Shown: one piece after another, positions 1-11,753 of the stretch
How the letters are laid out: each line of letters starts with the position of its first letter
Numbering within the stretch: the first letter of the stretch is position 1
Source of the DNA: Basidiobolus meristosporus CBS 931.73
Lineage: Eukaryota > Fungi > Basidiobolomycota
DNA: 64,000 bases
Reading direction: 5' to 3'
Assembly: GCA_002104905.1 (NCBI GenBank)
Contig: MCFE01000441.1
Coordinates: 1-64,000 of the forward strand
Notes under the pieces: generated by a model
Database searches by the model: none
Seen by the model: the letters and a program-made list of their open reading frames with translations, nothing else
What the model was told of the DNA's origin: nothing
Program-made: the position numbers and the translations under genes

Positions 1-1190
1 TGATAAGGACATATGTATATATCAGCCTGATGAGCTTGCTGACCAAGATAACCCCCATATGGTATGCAAGCTGAAAAAATCTCTATGTAGTCATAAGCAA
101 ACTCCAAGAGTCTAGATTTGCATGATAAACTCTTGTATGTGATCCCTGAGTTTTCAAAGAAGTACTACAGACCAGAGGACCTATTATAAGCCAGGTAGAG
201 CAAATTCAGCACATTGGGTGAAACATAGGGGCTGCTTTGCATGAAAATGAAGAACTATGCTTCACACTCTGTGGCCAAATTTAGGTCTGCAATGCCTCTC
301 TGGCACACAATGGCACTATTTGGCACTCATGGCTCCATATGGCACAATCCAACAGAACAAGTCTGATACCTATAGAGACAGTTCTTCATGGACAGAAATA
401 CCCATAAAATAACCCTAAGTCAGTCCAAGTATATTCAAGATAAACTTATGAAGTGCCAAATGAAAGAGTGTAAACTGGCAGCTACCCCAATGGAAACAAA
501 CCACAACTTGTTCAAAACTTAACTAAATCAAGGGTTCTTGGTGCCATCTTAAGGCCCAGATTTGCCTTACCAATATATGAATGACAGTTTGATGTATATC
601 ATGCTATGAGCATGTCAGGGTATCTCATATTCAGTTTGAGCTTTCAGCCACCATAGCCAGATCAATGGAACCAATCATATTTCATCAGTCAAGCCCATTT
701 TAGATACTTAAAGGGGACTGCTGATATCTGCTTAAAGTGTGCTTATAAGGGCTCCAAAAAGGATCTGATGCTGATTGAGGCAAAATTTAGAAAACATAAG
801 ATCCACTACTGGATCCTCCTTCTTTTACTGTGAAGGAGCAACATCATGGAATTCAAGAAAGCAACCAATTGTAACCCTAAGCAGAGTTTAAGGTGGCCTA
901 TAAGGCTACAAGTAAAGCATTGTGATTGAGAAAGCTCCTTAAAGACTTGGGCTCATATCAGAAAGCCCCTACTACTTTATTTTATGATAATCAGGGATGC
1001 ATGCAATTATGTAGAAATCCAACTTTTCATACCAGAGCTAAGTGCATAGATATTAGACATCCTTTCATATAGGAAGCTATAAAGGCTAGCTTAGTTGCCT
1101 GTCCTACAGATGAAATGATTGCAGCAATATCTAACAAACCATTAGCCAGAGACAAATTTGAATATCTCATATCTCTGATAGGATTAGTTA
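1..1190 (+). mobile_element. Degenerate Ty1/copia LTR-retrotransposon pol remnant (RT C-terminal part + RNase H), multiple stops and frameshifts
   Basis: Hand translation gives copia motifs: MKECKLAATPME (~460), PYQYMNDSLMY (~560), RYLKGT (~700), GATSWNSRKQPIVTLS (~835), ALWLRKLLKDLG-like (~915), YDNQGCMQLCRNPTFHTRAKCIDIRH (~985), KPLARDKF (~1137). Interrupted by stops, with essentially no CpG. Confidence 0.85.
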
Positions 1191-1239
1191 ATATAAGTAT
1201 TTAGCCAAATGGAAGTGCTGTAATGTTTGTACTATATCT

Positions 1240-2570
1240 AAATACTCCCCTAGCTTAGTCACTAAAATCAATACACCCAAATCTAAGAGAACTTTTATCA
1301 GATCCATGCCAGAACAAACACATAGAGTATGCTTAGAAAGGCTGCAGGAATGTATGGGTAAAGCTTGAGGCTGTTTGGACAACTTCTCAAAATTTCATGT
1401 TCTGGATACCTGACATTCTGATGATAATGTTCCAAGTAGATCTCAGCAAAACCATGCAAAGATGCAAGTACTACTTTTATACTGAATCAATTATGGTATG
1501 AAATGCATATAGTTTACTTGTTCTCCCAATCACTCCCAACATCTCCAAAACTGTCACAATATTATTGAATGTAGAAGTAGAATTTTTATTTTTGCATGTT
1601 CTTAGCAAAAAAAGCGCATAGAACATTCTTATGAAGGCTCCAAGAGCATGTGTGCAAAGTTTGGGGCTGTTTGGACAGCTTTGAGAATTTTCATGCTCTG
1701 GGTACCTGATGTTTTTGTGAAATAATTTGAAGTAAGTCCAATTAAAGAATTTATACAGAACTCTCTAAGCTTTGTAGGCAATGAGCAAAGTGACTAAGAT
1801 GGGCAAATATTTAGATGTAATTACAAAATTTATAACACTGAGTACCTGATATTCTGGTGAAATATTCCAAGTAAAACCCAACAAGGAACCTGGGCCAAAT
1901 TCTCCAAGATTTGTATACACTGATCAAAGTGTGCTGCAAAAATTTGGAATTCCACCTAGATGTTCACCTAACTTAGTCACTTAGATCATGACCTACAAAT
2001 CTTAGAGAATTCTGACCAAATTCCTTGTTGAGATTTACTTCAAATTATTTCACAAAAACATCATGTACCCAGAGCATGAAAATTCTCAAAGTTGTCCAAA
2101 CAGCCCCAAACTTTGCACACATATTTTTGGGACCTTCCTAGACATACTATATGTGTTAGTTATGCCAAGACCATGTAAAAGTATAAACACTACTTTTACA
2201 TTTGATAAATCATTAAGTGAAAACCACATATTCAAATTGTTTGCCCAATCACTTCCAATATCACCAAGATTCTTACAGCACCAAGAACATGTGGGCAAAG
2301 TTTGGGGGTGTTTAGACAACTTAACAAGACTTCATGTTCTATGTACCTAATATTTTGCTGAAATATTCCAAGTAAGTCCCAACAAGGAATTTGGTCAGAA
2401 TTCTCTAATATTTGTAGGCAATGCCCAAAGCGACTAAGTTGGGCAAATATTCAGGTGTAATTACGAAACTCACAACACTGAGTACCAATATTTCGGTGAA
2501 ATATTCCAAGTAAAACCCAACAAGGAGCCTGGGCCAAATTCTTCATGATTAGTAGAGTGCGATCAAAGTG
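1240..2570. repeat. AT-rich complex repeat array: direct copies (~1345-1440, ~1641-1930, ~2281-2570) and an inverted copy (~1965-2122), with a ~138-140 bp subunit
   Basis: GCAAAGTTTGGGGCTGTTTGGACA at ~1654, its reverse complement at ~2094-2117 and a variant at ~2298. AAATATTCCAAGTAA..CCCAACAAGGA recurs at 1860, 2361 and 2499, with a variant at 1720. Confidence 0.8.
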
Positions 2571-3036
2571 AACAAGTTGAGTGAGTTTTAGGTGTAACTA
2601 CAAGATTTACAACATGAAGCGCCTCTTCTAGACAGCTGAACATGGCATGTAGGTGGTTTCCATCACTTTGCATCCAGCTTACCAACTTCCAGGACTTGAC
2701 TAATTCTAAGAGTTGGCCAATATCTTATGAGCCAAATCTCAAGTAAGTAATCCACGACTTAGCAATAAGCTAAATAGAATCTTTAGTTATATGAATGGTT
2801 TAGGTGTGAACTCATGGAAGTGGGAATTTTATTTTAGAATACTAGCTGGGACTTCGTATATTAAATGGACATCAAGCTGTGAGGTATATTAACCCTAACT
2901 GCGTGAGGTGAGGTGGATTTGGATCTGCGGTTGTTATTATTATTCACATGGGGTTTATTAGGGGAAAGCTACATACCAAATGAAACATGTTGGATGAATA
3001 CTACAAATGATACAAGGGTCTAGGAATGATCACTCT

Positions 3037-4104
3037 CTAAGGGAATGCGCTGTTCATGGCTTGTTTTTGTGCGGCGGTGAGGTGGGAGGGGAAACGGACG
3101 TTGAACTTGACGATCAGGTCCCCCTTGCGACCGGGCTCCTTGGACTTGGGCATGCCCTCCCCGGTGATTCTCATCTCCTGTCCCGGTTGAACCACCGGCG
3201 TGGGGTTCTGGACCTTGAGGGTACGGCCGTCGAGGGATTTGATCTCTTTGGTGAAGCCTACTAGCGCCTCCTTGATGCTCAGATCTACGTTGGCGATGAG
3301 ATGCTCCGCGTCGCGCTTGAATGTGGAGTGTGGCTTCTCATCCAAGAGGAACTCGATATCCTGTGCACCGCCTTCTGGAAGCTCGTCTCCTTCGTTGGCG
3401 AACCGAATCTTCGTTCCTTTCTTCCAGCCTGGCTTGATGTTGATGGTGAGGACCTTCTCGCGGGTGGAGCCGTCCAGCTGACGTCTGGTGACCTTGAGTC
3501 GCTTCGTAGCACCTTTGTAGAGGTCCTCCAAGGCGACGGCAAGGGTGCGTTGGATGGTGGGTTTGGCCCTTGGCTGTTTCGGTCTGCCGGCGGATCCGGG
3601 GAAGTTGCTAAAGGTGAACCCGTCATCTTCGTCATGCATCCCCATGAATGGGTTTCCTTTCATGCCGGCCCCGCCTCTGCCTCCACCCGCGCCGCCCATT
3701 CCACCGAAGCTGAAGAATTGGGAGAAGATGTCGTCCGCATTGCTCGGGGTGAACGGGCGGAAGCCACCGCCCGGACCGCCTGCGCTGGTAAATGTGAAAG
3801 TGGTGCCGCCACGGCCACCAGGGAATCCTTGGAAACCACCGGTGGGATCGGGCCCCGGTCCACCACCGGGCATACCGCCCTTGAGACCCTCTTCGCCGTA
3901 CTGGTCGTATATGGCACGCTTGTTCTTGTCACTCAAGACCTCGTACGCCTCCGAGATCTCCTTGAATTTCTTTTCGGCCGTCTCCTTGTTGTTGGCGTTA
4001 CGGTCGGGGTGCCACTTCAAGGCCAGCTTGCGGTAGGCCTTTTTGATGGCGTCTTCGTCGGCGTCCTTGGGGACCCCGAGGATGTCGTAATATTTTCCGC
4101 TCAT
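3037..4104 (-). CDS. SIS1: Type II Hsp40/DnaJ co-chaperone (Sis1/DNAJB-like), intronless
   Basis: J domain with HPD (KWHPDRN), G/F-rich linker, C-terminal [10 protein letters not shown] and GEGMP..K...GDL.V.F motifs; 355 aa ORF. Confidence 0.95.
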   Translation of the reverse strand: MSGKYYDILGVPKDADEDAIKKAYRKLALKWHPDRNANNKETAEKKFKEISEAYEVLSDKNKRAIYDQYGEEGLKGGMPGGGPGPDPTGGFQGFPGGRGGTTFTFTSAGGPGGGFRPFTPSNADDIFSQFFSFGGMGGAGGGRGGAGMKGNPFMGMHDEDDGFTFSNFPGSAGRPKQPRAKPTIQRTLAVALEDLYKGATKRLKVTRRQLDGSTREKVLTINIKPGWKKGTKIRFANEGDELPEGGAQDIEFLLDEKPHSTFKRDAEHLIANVDLSIKEALVGFTKEIKSLDGRTLKVQNPTPVVQPGQEMRITGEGMPKSKEPGRKGDLIVKFNVRFPSHLTAAQKQAMNSAFP

Positions 4105-4218
4105 TGAAACGTCTATTGTGGTTTAAAGGGGGTCGTAGAGGAGGAGATGTATGTTACAAGAAAGTGGATTTGTTGCGGAAAGTGGATTCTGATGGCGTAG
4201 TGTGGGATTGATTATACA

Positions 4219-4311
4219 TTTATACCTTCGACGCATCCCTCCCCAACACGGACCTAGATGGCATCCTACTGGCGAATCGACTCGAATCCACCACAATATA
4301 CCAGAATATTC
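4219..4311 (-). promoter_or_regulatory. SIS1 promoter: TATA box (4219-4224) and phased heat-shock-element-like GAA/TTC units
   Basis: TATAAA on the minus strand ~115 bp upstream of the ATG. GAA at 4274, 4284 and 4304 with TTC at 4309 (AGAATATTCA). Confidence 0.5.
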
Positions 4312-4542
4312 ATCTCGGCTCGTCGAATCCACACCCGACCTCATGGAATCACGTCACTCAATGGTTGACGTAGTGTCAACGTCAAATAGATTCGAATAAC
4401 ATTGGACTACTCTTCAGGTGATTGGTGAAAATCTCAGCCATACGCTGTCCGGTAAAGGGAATTCGGCTCGTCAGGGAGATCTAGGATAAGGCCGATTCGG
4501 CCGGATAAGGCATTCCTGTAGTGTAGTGGTGTGGTGGTTTGG

Positions 4543-4557
4543 AGAAGGTTCTAGAAT
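4543..4557. promoter_or_regulatory. Perfect three-unit heat shock element nGAAnnTTCnnGAAn
   Basis: AGAAGGTTCTAGAAT, ~440 bp upstream of the SIS1 ATG. It also lies just 3' of the PEF gene. Confidence 0.45.
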
Positions 4558-4610
4558 GATGGAACAAAGCAGGTTTATTGGGTTTCGGATCACCACCGTT
4601 AGGTGGACAG

Positions 4611-5399
4611 TCAGTGCATATTGGAAGTGATCAGCTGAAGGTACTGCTCGTAGCTAAGGGTGACTTGACCGTCCAGGTCTCCGTCAAATTGCTTGAACGA
4701 GTCGGTAAGCATCTTCACGGTGATGCAGGTTTTCAGGAAGGTCTCGAAGTTCACCTGGGAGGCCTGGGTCTGGTTCGGGCTTTTGACATCTAAAGAGAGA
4801 GGCAGTTTACCACAGGGACCAAGTGAAGTAATGAAATAAAAGTTGGGTTACCATGCTTGAGGAATTTCCTAACAATGCTCTGGATGGAAGGGAGGGTGAG
4901 GTTATAACCAAAGGTTCGCAACGCAGTTTGCAACTCGTTGAGCTCAATGAAGTTGTTACGGTTGACGTCGAAGTTGACGAAACACTTTTGCCAGTCACTG
5001 ACGTATTGCCATAAACCAAAGAACTCGTTCAGCTCTATGGTTCCTGTGTCATCCTTGTCGAACATGTCTATCATCAACCGAACGGTGGAGATGTGGAAAC
5101 GGCTCCAGTCCCCTGGAAGAGAAAGTTGAGTGGTGATAGGTAAGAAGCCTCGTCATTCAGCAAGGTACCGTTGAGCAAGGCTTTCTGAAGCTCCTCAGCT
5201 GAGATCCTCCCACTTCTATCACTAAGCGGACGGCAAAAGCAACGAGTGTGAGTGGATTCGCTCGACTCCAACACCCCACGCTCTACTTACGTGTCGACCT
5301 GTTGGAAGAATTGTTGGACTTGGCTTTGATCTTAAAGGAAGGGCTGGCTTTAGTATGGCCTGAGAGTAGGCTTGGTGGGGTTTGCTTACTTATGCTCAT
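4611..5399 (-). CDS. Penta-EF-hand Ca2+-binding protein (Pef1/ALG-2/peflin family), multi-exon
   Basis: Spliced reading MSINQSQVQQFFQQVDT|DRSGRISAEELQKALLNG|...MIDMFDKDDTGTIELNEF..LWQYVSDWQKCF.NFDVNRNNFIELNELQTALRTFGY...FKQFDGDLDGQVTLSYEQYL; GT-AG introns. Confidence 0.85.
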
Positions 5400-5645
5400 T
5401 GGAAAGGATTCACTGGGATTTACTGAACGCTGAGTGGAACACACTCAACTTTATCGTATTTAAGTTGGCATCACATGAAATGGTTTCATTGGGTAATCAA
5501 ATGACAGTATCCATCCGTGGTAACCTAGGTAACGGACCCTTGATAGGGCGAATGTGTTTATTATCTTAGTTTAGTAAACTAATGGGTGGATGAGTGAGAA
5601 TCTAATGATTGTAGGCAAGGGAGGAAAGAGAAGGGTGGAGGGAGC

Positions 5646-8600
5646 TTAAGCTTCAATGTTGCGGAAAGCGAAGGATGGCTCACCAGGGATTGAAGCCTCA
5701 GCAGCCTTCTGGTCAGCTTCCTCAATTTGTCCATCAGTGCTGATGATCTCGACCTCATCGAATCCAAGGCACTTCTTAAGGTAGGTCTGAACCGAGGTCA
5801 AGGTGTCAAATTCCTTGAACAACAGAGTACGATTGAATGCTTGGGGACCAAAGGCCAGGACTCTCTTCTTGATCTCCTGGATGAATGGCATCATCTTCTT
5901 GTCCTTGAGCAAACCTTGCTTGGCCAAGGTTTGCTTGACCATAGCATCATCGACACTGGCAGTCTCGGTGTTGTAAGCCTCTTGGAGGATCGAGATGCCG
6001 GCGTCTTGCCACTCGGGGAACTTGGAGGCAACGAAGATCTTGAGAAGCTTTGGCTTGGTGGGATCGTAGGTGTCGGCGTTCTTACCCTTCTTACCCTTCT
6101 TCTTGTTGAGGGCGATCTCATTGTCACGGACGGTCTTGATGAGTTTACGGACATACTCGGCAGCCATGAGGACGGGCTCGTCGTTCTCCGCAGGAACCTC
6201 TGGCCACAATGACTCGACAATGGGTTGGGGTTTCTTCAAGACGTCGGTCCAGATGTATTCAGACCAATGGGGAGTGATGGGGGAGAGAAGGAGAGTTTGA
6301 AGCTCGATGAATCTCATGACGAGATCGTGGTGCATACCCTCGCTGGCGGTGGCCTCACGATACCAATCACGAGCGGTTTGGAACTCGTAGAAGCCGTTCT
6401 TCAAGGCCTCACGGAACAACATGTTGGAGTAGGCAGCATCAGTGAGATTAACAAGCTTGTTCATCTCAGCCAAGAAGACACGATCATGGAAGGAGTCCAT
6501 AGGTCCGGTGCGGAGCTCGCCAGCCTTGGCAACGACTTCCTCAATCCACTCCATCAATGTGTGGAGTCTCAAGATAGCGGCGTTAGCGGTAGCCTCCTCG
6601 AAGTTGGCGTCTTCTACACTGTCACCAGCATCAGCCAAGGCAAGACGAGTGGCATCGGCACCGAATTTTTCCAGAGCATCGCTCAAAGTAAGGAAGTTAC
6701 CAGTACTCTTGGACATCTTCTCTCTGTTCAACAACAAATGGCCGTTAGCTCTGATACCCTTGGGCCAGTTGTGCTTGGGGAAGATGGCAACGTGGTTGTA
6801 AATAGCGAAGGTAAGATGGTTGGGAACAAGATCCTTGCCGGAAACACGGACATCCAAAGGATAGAAGTAGTCAAATTCACGCTTCAATGCCTTCAAGGTC
6901 AGCTCGGGGATTTCGGTGTCGGTGGGCATGGGGGCATCACAGAAGAGGTAATCCCAGACAGAGTCGGTCAATTGCTCAGGACGGATTTGGGCAGGACCAA
7001 GCTCAGTGCCTCGGAGGGATCCATTATGCAACATCTGAGCCACTGTGTAGTAGGCCATGTAGATGGTCGAGTCGGAGAGAGATTCGATCAAAAATTGCTC
7101 ATCCCAAGGAAGCTTAGAACCAAGACCGAATGAACGAGCACAAGCCCATTTGTTGAGCCAGTCAAGAGTCTTCTCGAATTGGTTACGGGTTTCCTCGCAG
7201 TAGGTGTTCATTTTGCTGACACACTCTTCGGCTTGAGCCTTCCAGGCCTCCTCTCCGTAGTCCAGATACCACTGGTCGCACAAGTTCACGACACACTCGT
7301 CGCCAGAGCGAGAAATGACCAGACCCTCGGGTTCGTTATAGACGAAGCCTTCGTTTTGAGCAACGAGGTAATCTCTGATAAGTGGCTTGGCTTGTTGGAC
7401 GGTGCGGCCTTTGTATTCACCAATCAACATAACGCCGCTATAGAAACCTTCCTTGTAAGCAATCTCCTTGGCCTCGGCAAGCTGGACCTTGTCCTTTTGG
7501 CTGTTGATCTTCTTTTGCTTACAGATGGTGGGGGCACACAAGTTACCGAAGTTGGGGGTTTCGATGATGGGCACGGGTTCGAAGGTCTCGACCCAAGAAG
7601 GCTCGATCTTATAATAAGCAGGCTTCTTGATGAGATCTTGCAGAGTGGCGTAGTCGTCAGGGGAGTCGGATGGGACGGAGGTTACGACACCAGTACCCTT
7701 GGTGGCCAAGACATTCTCCATTGGAAGAACATACACATGATCGTAAACAGACAAAGGAGCCTTGACCTTGGTGCCGACCAATTGCTCGCCCTTAATGGAG
7801 CCGAGTTTAACGTGGACGCCCTCCTGCTTGGAGAAGCCTTGGAAGCACATGTTACGAGCGGCGCGTTCAGTCACAACAAAGACATCGGTGTCGTTCACTT
7901 CGAAGAAACCGTACTCAAGTTCGGTACCAACAAAGCAGTTAGTCTGGCCGTACATGGTCTCGGGTCTCAAGGTAGCAGCAACCAAGAAGATGTTCTTGCC
8001 CTCCAAAGCAGGGTTAGACTTGATATACTCCTTGGCGTTGTCTCCGAATTCAACAACACGCATCTTGATACCAGTGTACTCTTGTGGGCCAACACCCTCA
8101 CCACTAGCACGGTCGTGGTCCATACAGGGCTGTCCATCCAATGGAGAGTAAATGGTGTAGCGCTTGCCAAACTTGACCTTTTGGAGCTCCTTGAGCTTTC
8201 TGAATTGCCATCTGGCGAAGGAGTCATAGAATGGATTGGCATCGGTGGTAAGGAAGGAACGACGCCAGTCAACCTTACAACCCAAAGCCTTGATGTCCTG
8301 GATAGCCAAAGGTGGGAAGTAAGAGAGCCAGTGCATAGGATCGGCGAATTTGGCAATCTCCTCGTTGGGAACGCCGTTGGATCTCATGATTTGATGCTGG
8401 TATTTGGCACCGGTAGACTTAGCAGCCACCTTTCCGGGCTGTGTTCAGAATATCGGGGTTAAACTAAGGGGCGAGAACTATGCTTATGTCCGAGTAAACG
8501 TACCTTCTTGACAACCTTCTCATCCTTCAAGGAAAGGTTTTGGACGTCGTTTTCTATTTCTTCAAGCTCAAAATTAGCACTTGGATCAGGGAATGAAAAG

Positions 8601-9151
8601 TACTGTGGTCATCTACCTTCAGGGACAATGAATTCAGGTCCGAATTGCTCAATTTCACGGGCGAGCTTATCAGCGCAGGCCTGAGGTAGAGAGGTACCAT
8701 GGTTAGCCGAGGGAACAAGGAAACACTAGCTGGGCGTTGGATTTACCTTGATTGGCATACCAGTACAATGGAAACCGAAGGGGAACAGAGCTCTACGTCC
8801 CTTCAAACGCTCGTAACCGGTAGCGAATTCAACTTTGGTGAAGGTAAAGGTATGTCCCAAGTGGAGACGACCATTCATGTAAGGATAAGGGAAGGTAGCA
8901 AAGAATTTTGGGTATTTCTTGTGAAGAGCTTCCACATCCAGATCAGGCTCCTCTTCGATGGTAGGAGCATTCACCTCAAATGAGTGTCTCTCTTCCCATA
9001 TTTTCTGGGCCTTCTGTTCCATGGAACGAAGAACATCCCTTTTCAGGGTCTATATGTTTGGGATGAGTCACTGGGAACAATGGAAACTGATCATCAATAC
9101 AATCTCTACCTTCTTGGGTTCAGTATCGCTTGCCGGAGGTAGAGCAGACAT
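5646..9151 (-). CDS. CDC60: Cytosolic leucyl-tRNA synthetase, multi-exon
   Basis: HIGH-like [16 protein letters not shown]1 editing domain ([15 protein letters not shown]), KMSKS motif. Exon 1 [14 protein letters not shown] spliced to [13 protein letters not shown]. Confidence 0.97.
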
Positions 9152-9543
9152 AGTGAATGAGGAGAGGTTCCGGTGCTGCTGGGCACACTTTGATCAATCC
9201 GATTTTTTTTTATCAAATCAAGTTTGATTGGCAATTTGTAATTGATTTTTTGAAGAGCACTTATTGTTGCCTTTATCGTCGAGATCAAGTGAGAATTTCC
9301 CTCGGCCTATCACTTTACTCAGGATTCTTGGTTCTGGTTAGCCCATTTCCAAACGGAACTGCAATTTTTTGGCGATTAGTTTATGAATGAAATTTGTCAA
9401 AGTGAGCCAAAACTGGTCAATAACGTGTAACCAATTGAGATTTCGCTCCCCTATCGCTCGAATTCTGTCACCAGGTATAAATTCGTTGCCATGTGAAGAT
9501 TACGAGGTTGTCGAATTGTCGTTTTGTTTTTAAAAGTAGAGAT

Positions 9544-10669
9544 ATGACTCAAGCTAACTTTGCAAGAATCACTGTCCCTTGCACCTCAGCTAACATTGGC
9601 CCAGGTTTCGATGTATTGGGGCTTGCCTTATCCTTATATTTAACGGTTGAAGTCACAGTATATCCCCCCTCGTCTGAGGGCTCGGTAACAGTCACCTACG
9701 AAGGAGATGGTGAAGAGAACATGACGCTGGAGCCCAAGAAAAATCTGGTTACAAAAACTGCTCTGTACGTACTCTCTTGTTTCGACAAAACTTTCCCCAG
9801 CCGGCTGTCGATTCACATCAACAATCCCATACCCCTGGGCCGCGGTTTGGGCTCTTCTGGATCTGCCATTGTTGCTGGCGTGGCTCTCGCAAACTTTGTA
9901 GGTGACCTTAAGTTGTCCAAGGACAGAATGTTAGATTTCATTCTACAGGTGGAAAGTCATCCTGATAATGTCGTGGCTGCTTTGATGGGTGGTTTCGTAG
10001 CTGGCTATCTTCGCAACCCCCCGGCCTCACTTACCAAAGAGCCACCTGTGGGCGTAGGCTCATACGCACAGTTGGGATGGGCCAAGGAGATCAAAGCAAT
10101 CGCCATTATTCCTCAATTCGAGCTATCCACCGAGAAAGCCCGCAAGGTTTTGCCTCAGGAGTATGTCAAGAGTGACGTCGTAAGTATATTGGGTCAATTC
10201 AAGCCTCTTTGCTGGCCACTAAAGATTTTGCCTGGATAGATTCATAACCTCCAACGACTGGCAATCCTCACCACAGCCCTGGGCCAATCTCCACCAAATG
10301 CGGAGGTGATCTACGAAGCGATGCAAGATAAACTGCATCAGCCATATCGTAAACATCTGGTAAGCACACTAGTGCGTACATGTGGCGGGTGAGCATATAT
10401 TAACGATGGATTGCTAGATTCCCGGCCTTCCCGAGATCATCTCCACCATAACACCATCTTCCCACCCGGGCTTGGTTGGGATCTGTCTGAGCGGAGCTGG
10501 CCCTACCATGCTAGCCTTAGCTACACATAACTTTGACAAGATCGCCGCCGACGCACAGGCAATATTTGCTCGCCAGCCCAACGGTGGCATTGATACCGTC
10601 GTCAAAGTGCTCGATATTGTAGAAGGGGGATGCCAATGCCATGTTGAGCAAGTCGAACTTGAGCTATAG
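9544..10669 (+). CDS. THR1: Homoserine kinase (GHMP family), multi-exon
   Basis: VPCTSANIGPGFDVLGLAL, PLGRGLGSSGSA, ESHPDNV, KLHQPYR, CLSGAGPTMLA. Confidence 0.95.
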
Positions 10670-11753
10670 ACCATTCGTACTAATTATCTCGGTGCAGCAT
10701 GATATTTCCTCATTCAAGTTTCTAGATAGTCATTGTGTGACAGAAATCCCCTCCTGTTTGGATGACTCATTCTTAGTAAAATAGACTATATATGACTCTA
10801 CCCATGGAAATTGGCTCATGTGATTAATTTCGAATTGCTTCTTGTTAAACGTATTATCTTGTGAGATCATATTGAAGCTAGCATACCGATCGGTGACTAT
10901 AAAAGCGTTTGCAAAGGATGGTAACACTAATTGGATATCCATTCTTCATTTCGTAGTAACCCTCCCCGGTTGCACACAGCCTATTGGTTTCTATGCATTT
11001 GGGCTTATCGATCCTATGACCACCAATCATTAGTCACCGTTGGATTCATGCCTGTTAGAAATAAGGTTCATCACACCTGCGATGAATATATCATTATGCT
11101 AAAGTGAGTTCATCTAAACCAACTGGTGTGCCTGAAATCTCAAACTGTGGCTTAGCCTCATCTTACGATTGGACCAATCCACCTTGGATTGCACACCTTT
11201 GCTGCTACCTGAGATTTGGCCAATAATTGACCAAGTGTCTTAAACCACACTAGATGTTATAGATAGTAGCAGGTCCACGTCCTAGAGCAATGGGAGCGTG
11301 AGGCTTCATAAGTGGTTAAATGTCTCTTCAAATTATGTGGATGTAGTTAGAGATAAACAATATCTTGAGAGATTGACTAATCAACCCGTCTTGCAAACGA
11401 GAGTATGTTCGACTCGCGGGCAGTTCTTGGCGGCAATCTCCCTTGAGAGGGGCCAAAAGAAAGGGTAAAGGCTTCCTTGGGCATTAGTGGACCTAAAGAA
11501 AGCGGAAACAACCATCTAGTCGCGCTCTAGTGACGTGCGTTATCCTATTAAAACATCCAGAACAAATTTACGAAATGCGTGACTGCTAGAATTACCTTAT
11601 CCAAACAAAAAGATTCCCGGCTATTTTTTCTACTTAGTGCGATGATATTTAACCGTCCACGTTTTCCTTTTGCTATCTCATGGTAAAAGTTGACTTCCTT
11701 ATCGTCCCTCCAAAGATAGCTTCTCAGAATCCAAATCCCCAACTATTTGATTA

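Noticed and set aside
301-350. Five imperfect 10-bp TGGCAC units within the copia relic
   Set aside because: Short degenerate minisatellite inside dead TE sequence; not CRISPR-like and no functional evidence.
3301-4107. Antisense ORFs over SIS1; likewise over RPS14 (30774-31346), RPL4 (41389-42165) and HSP70 (63533-63856)
   Set aside because: Same shadow-ORF effect in highly expressed, codon-biased genes.
6225-8462. Long antisense ORFs (302 and 427 aa) opposite LeuRS, tempting as sense/antisense aaRS coding
   Set aside because: They are in codon register with the sense gene and explained by strong codon bias that removes antisense stops; no recognisable motifs.
11180-11250. Short inverted similarity (GCCAAATCTCA.GTA) to ~2710-2745
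   Set aside because: About 15 matching bases with gaps; could be chance.
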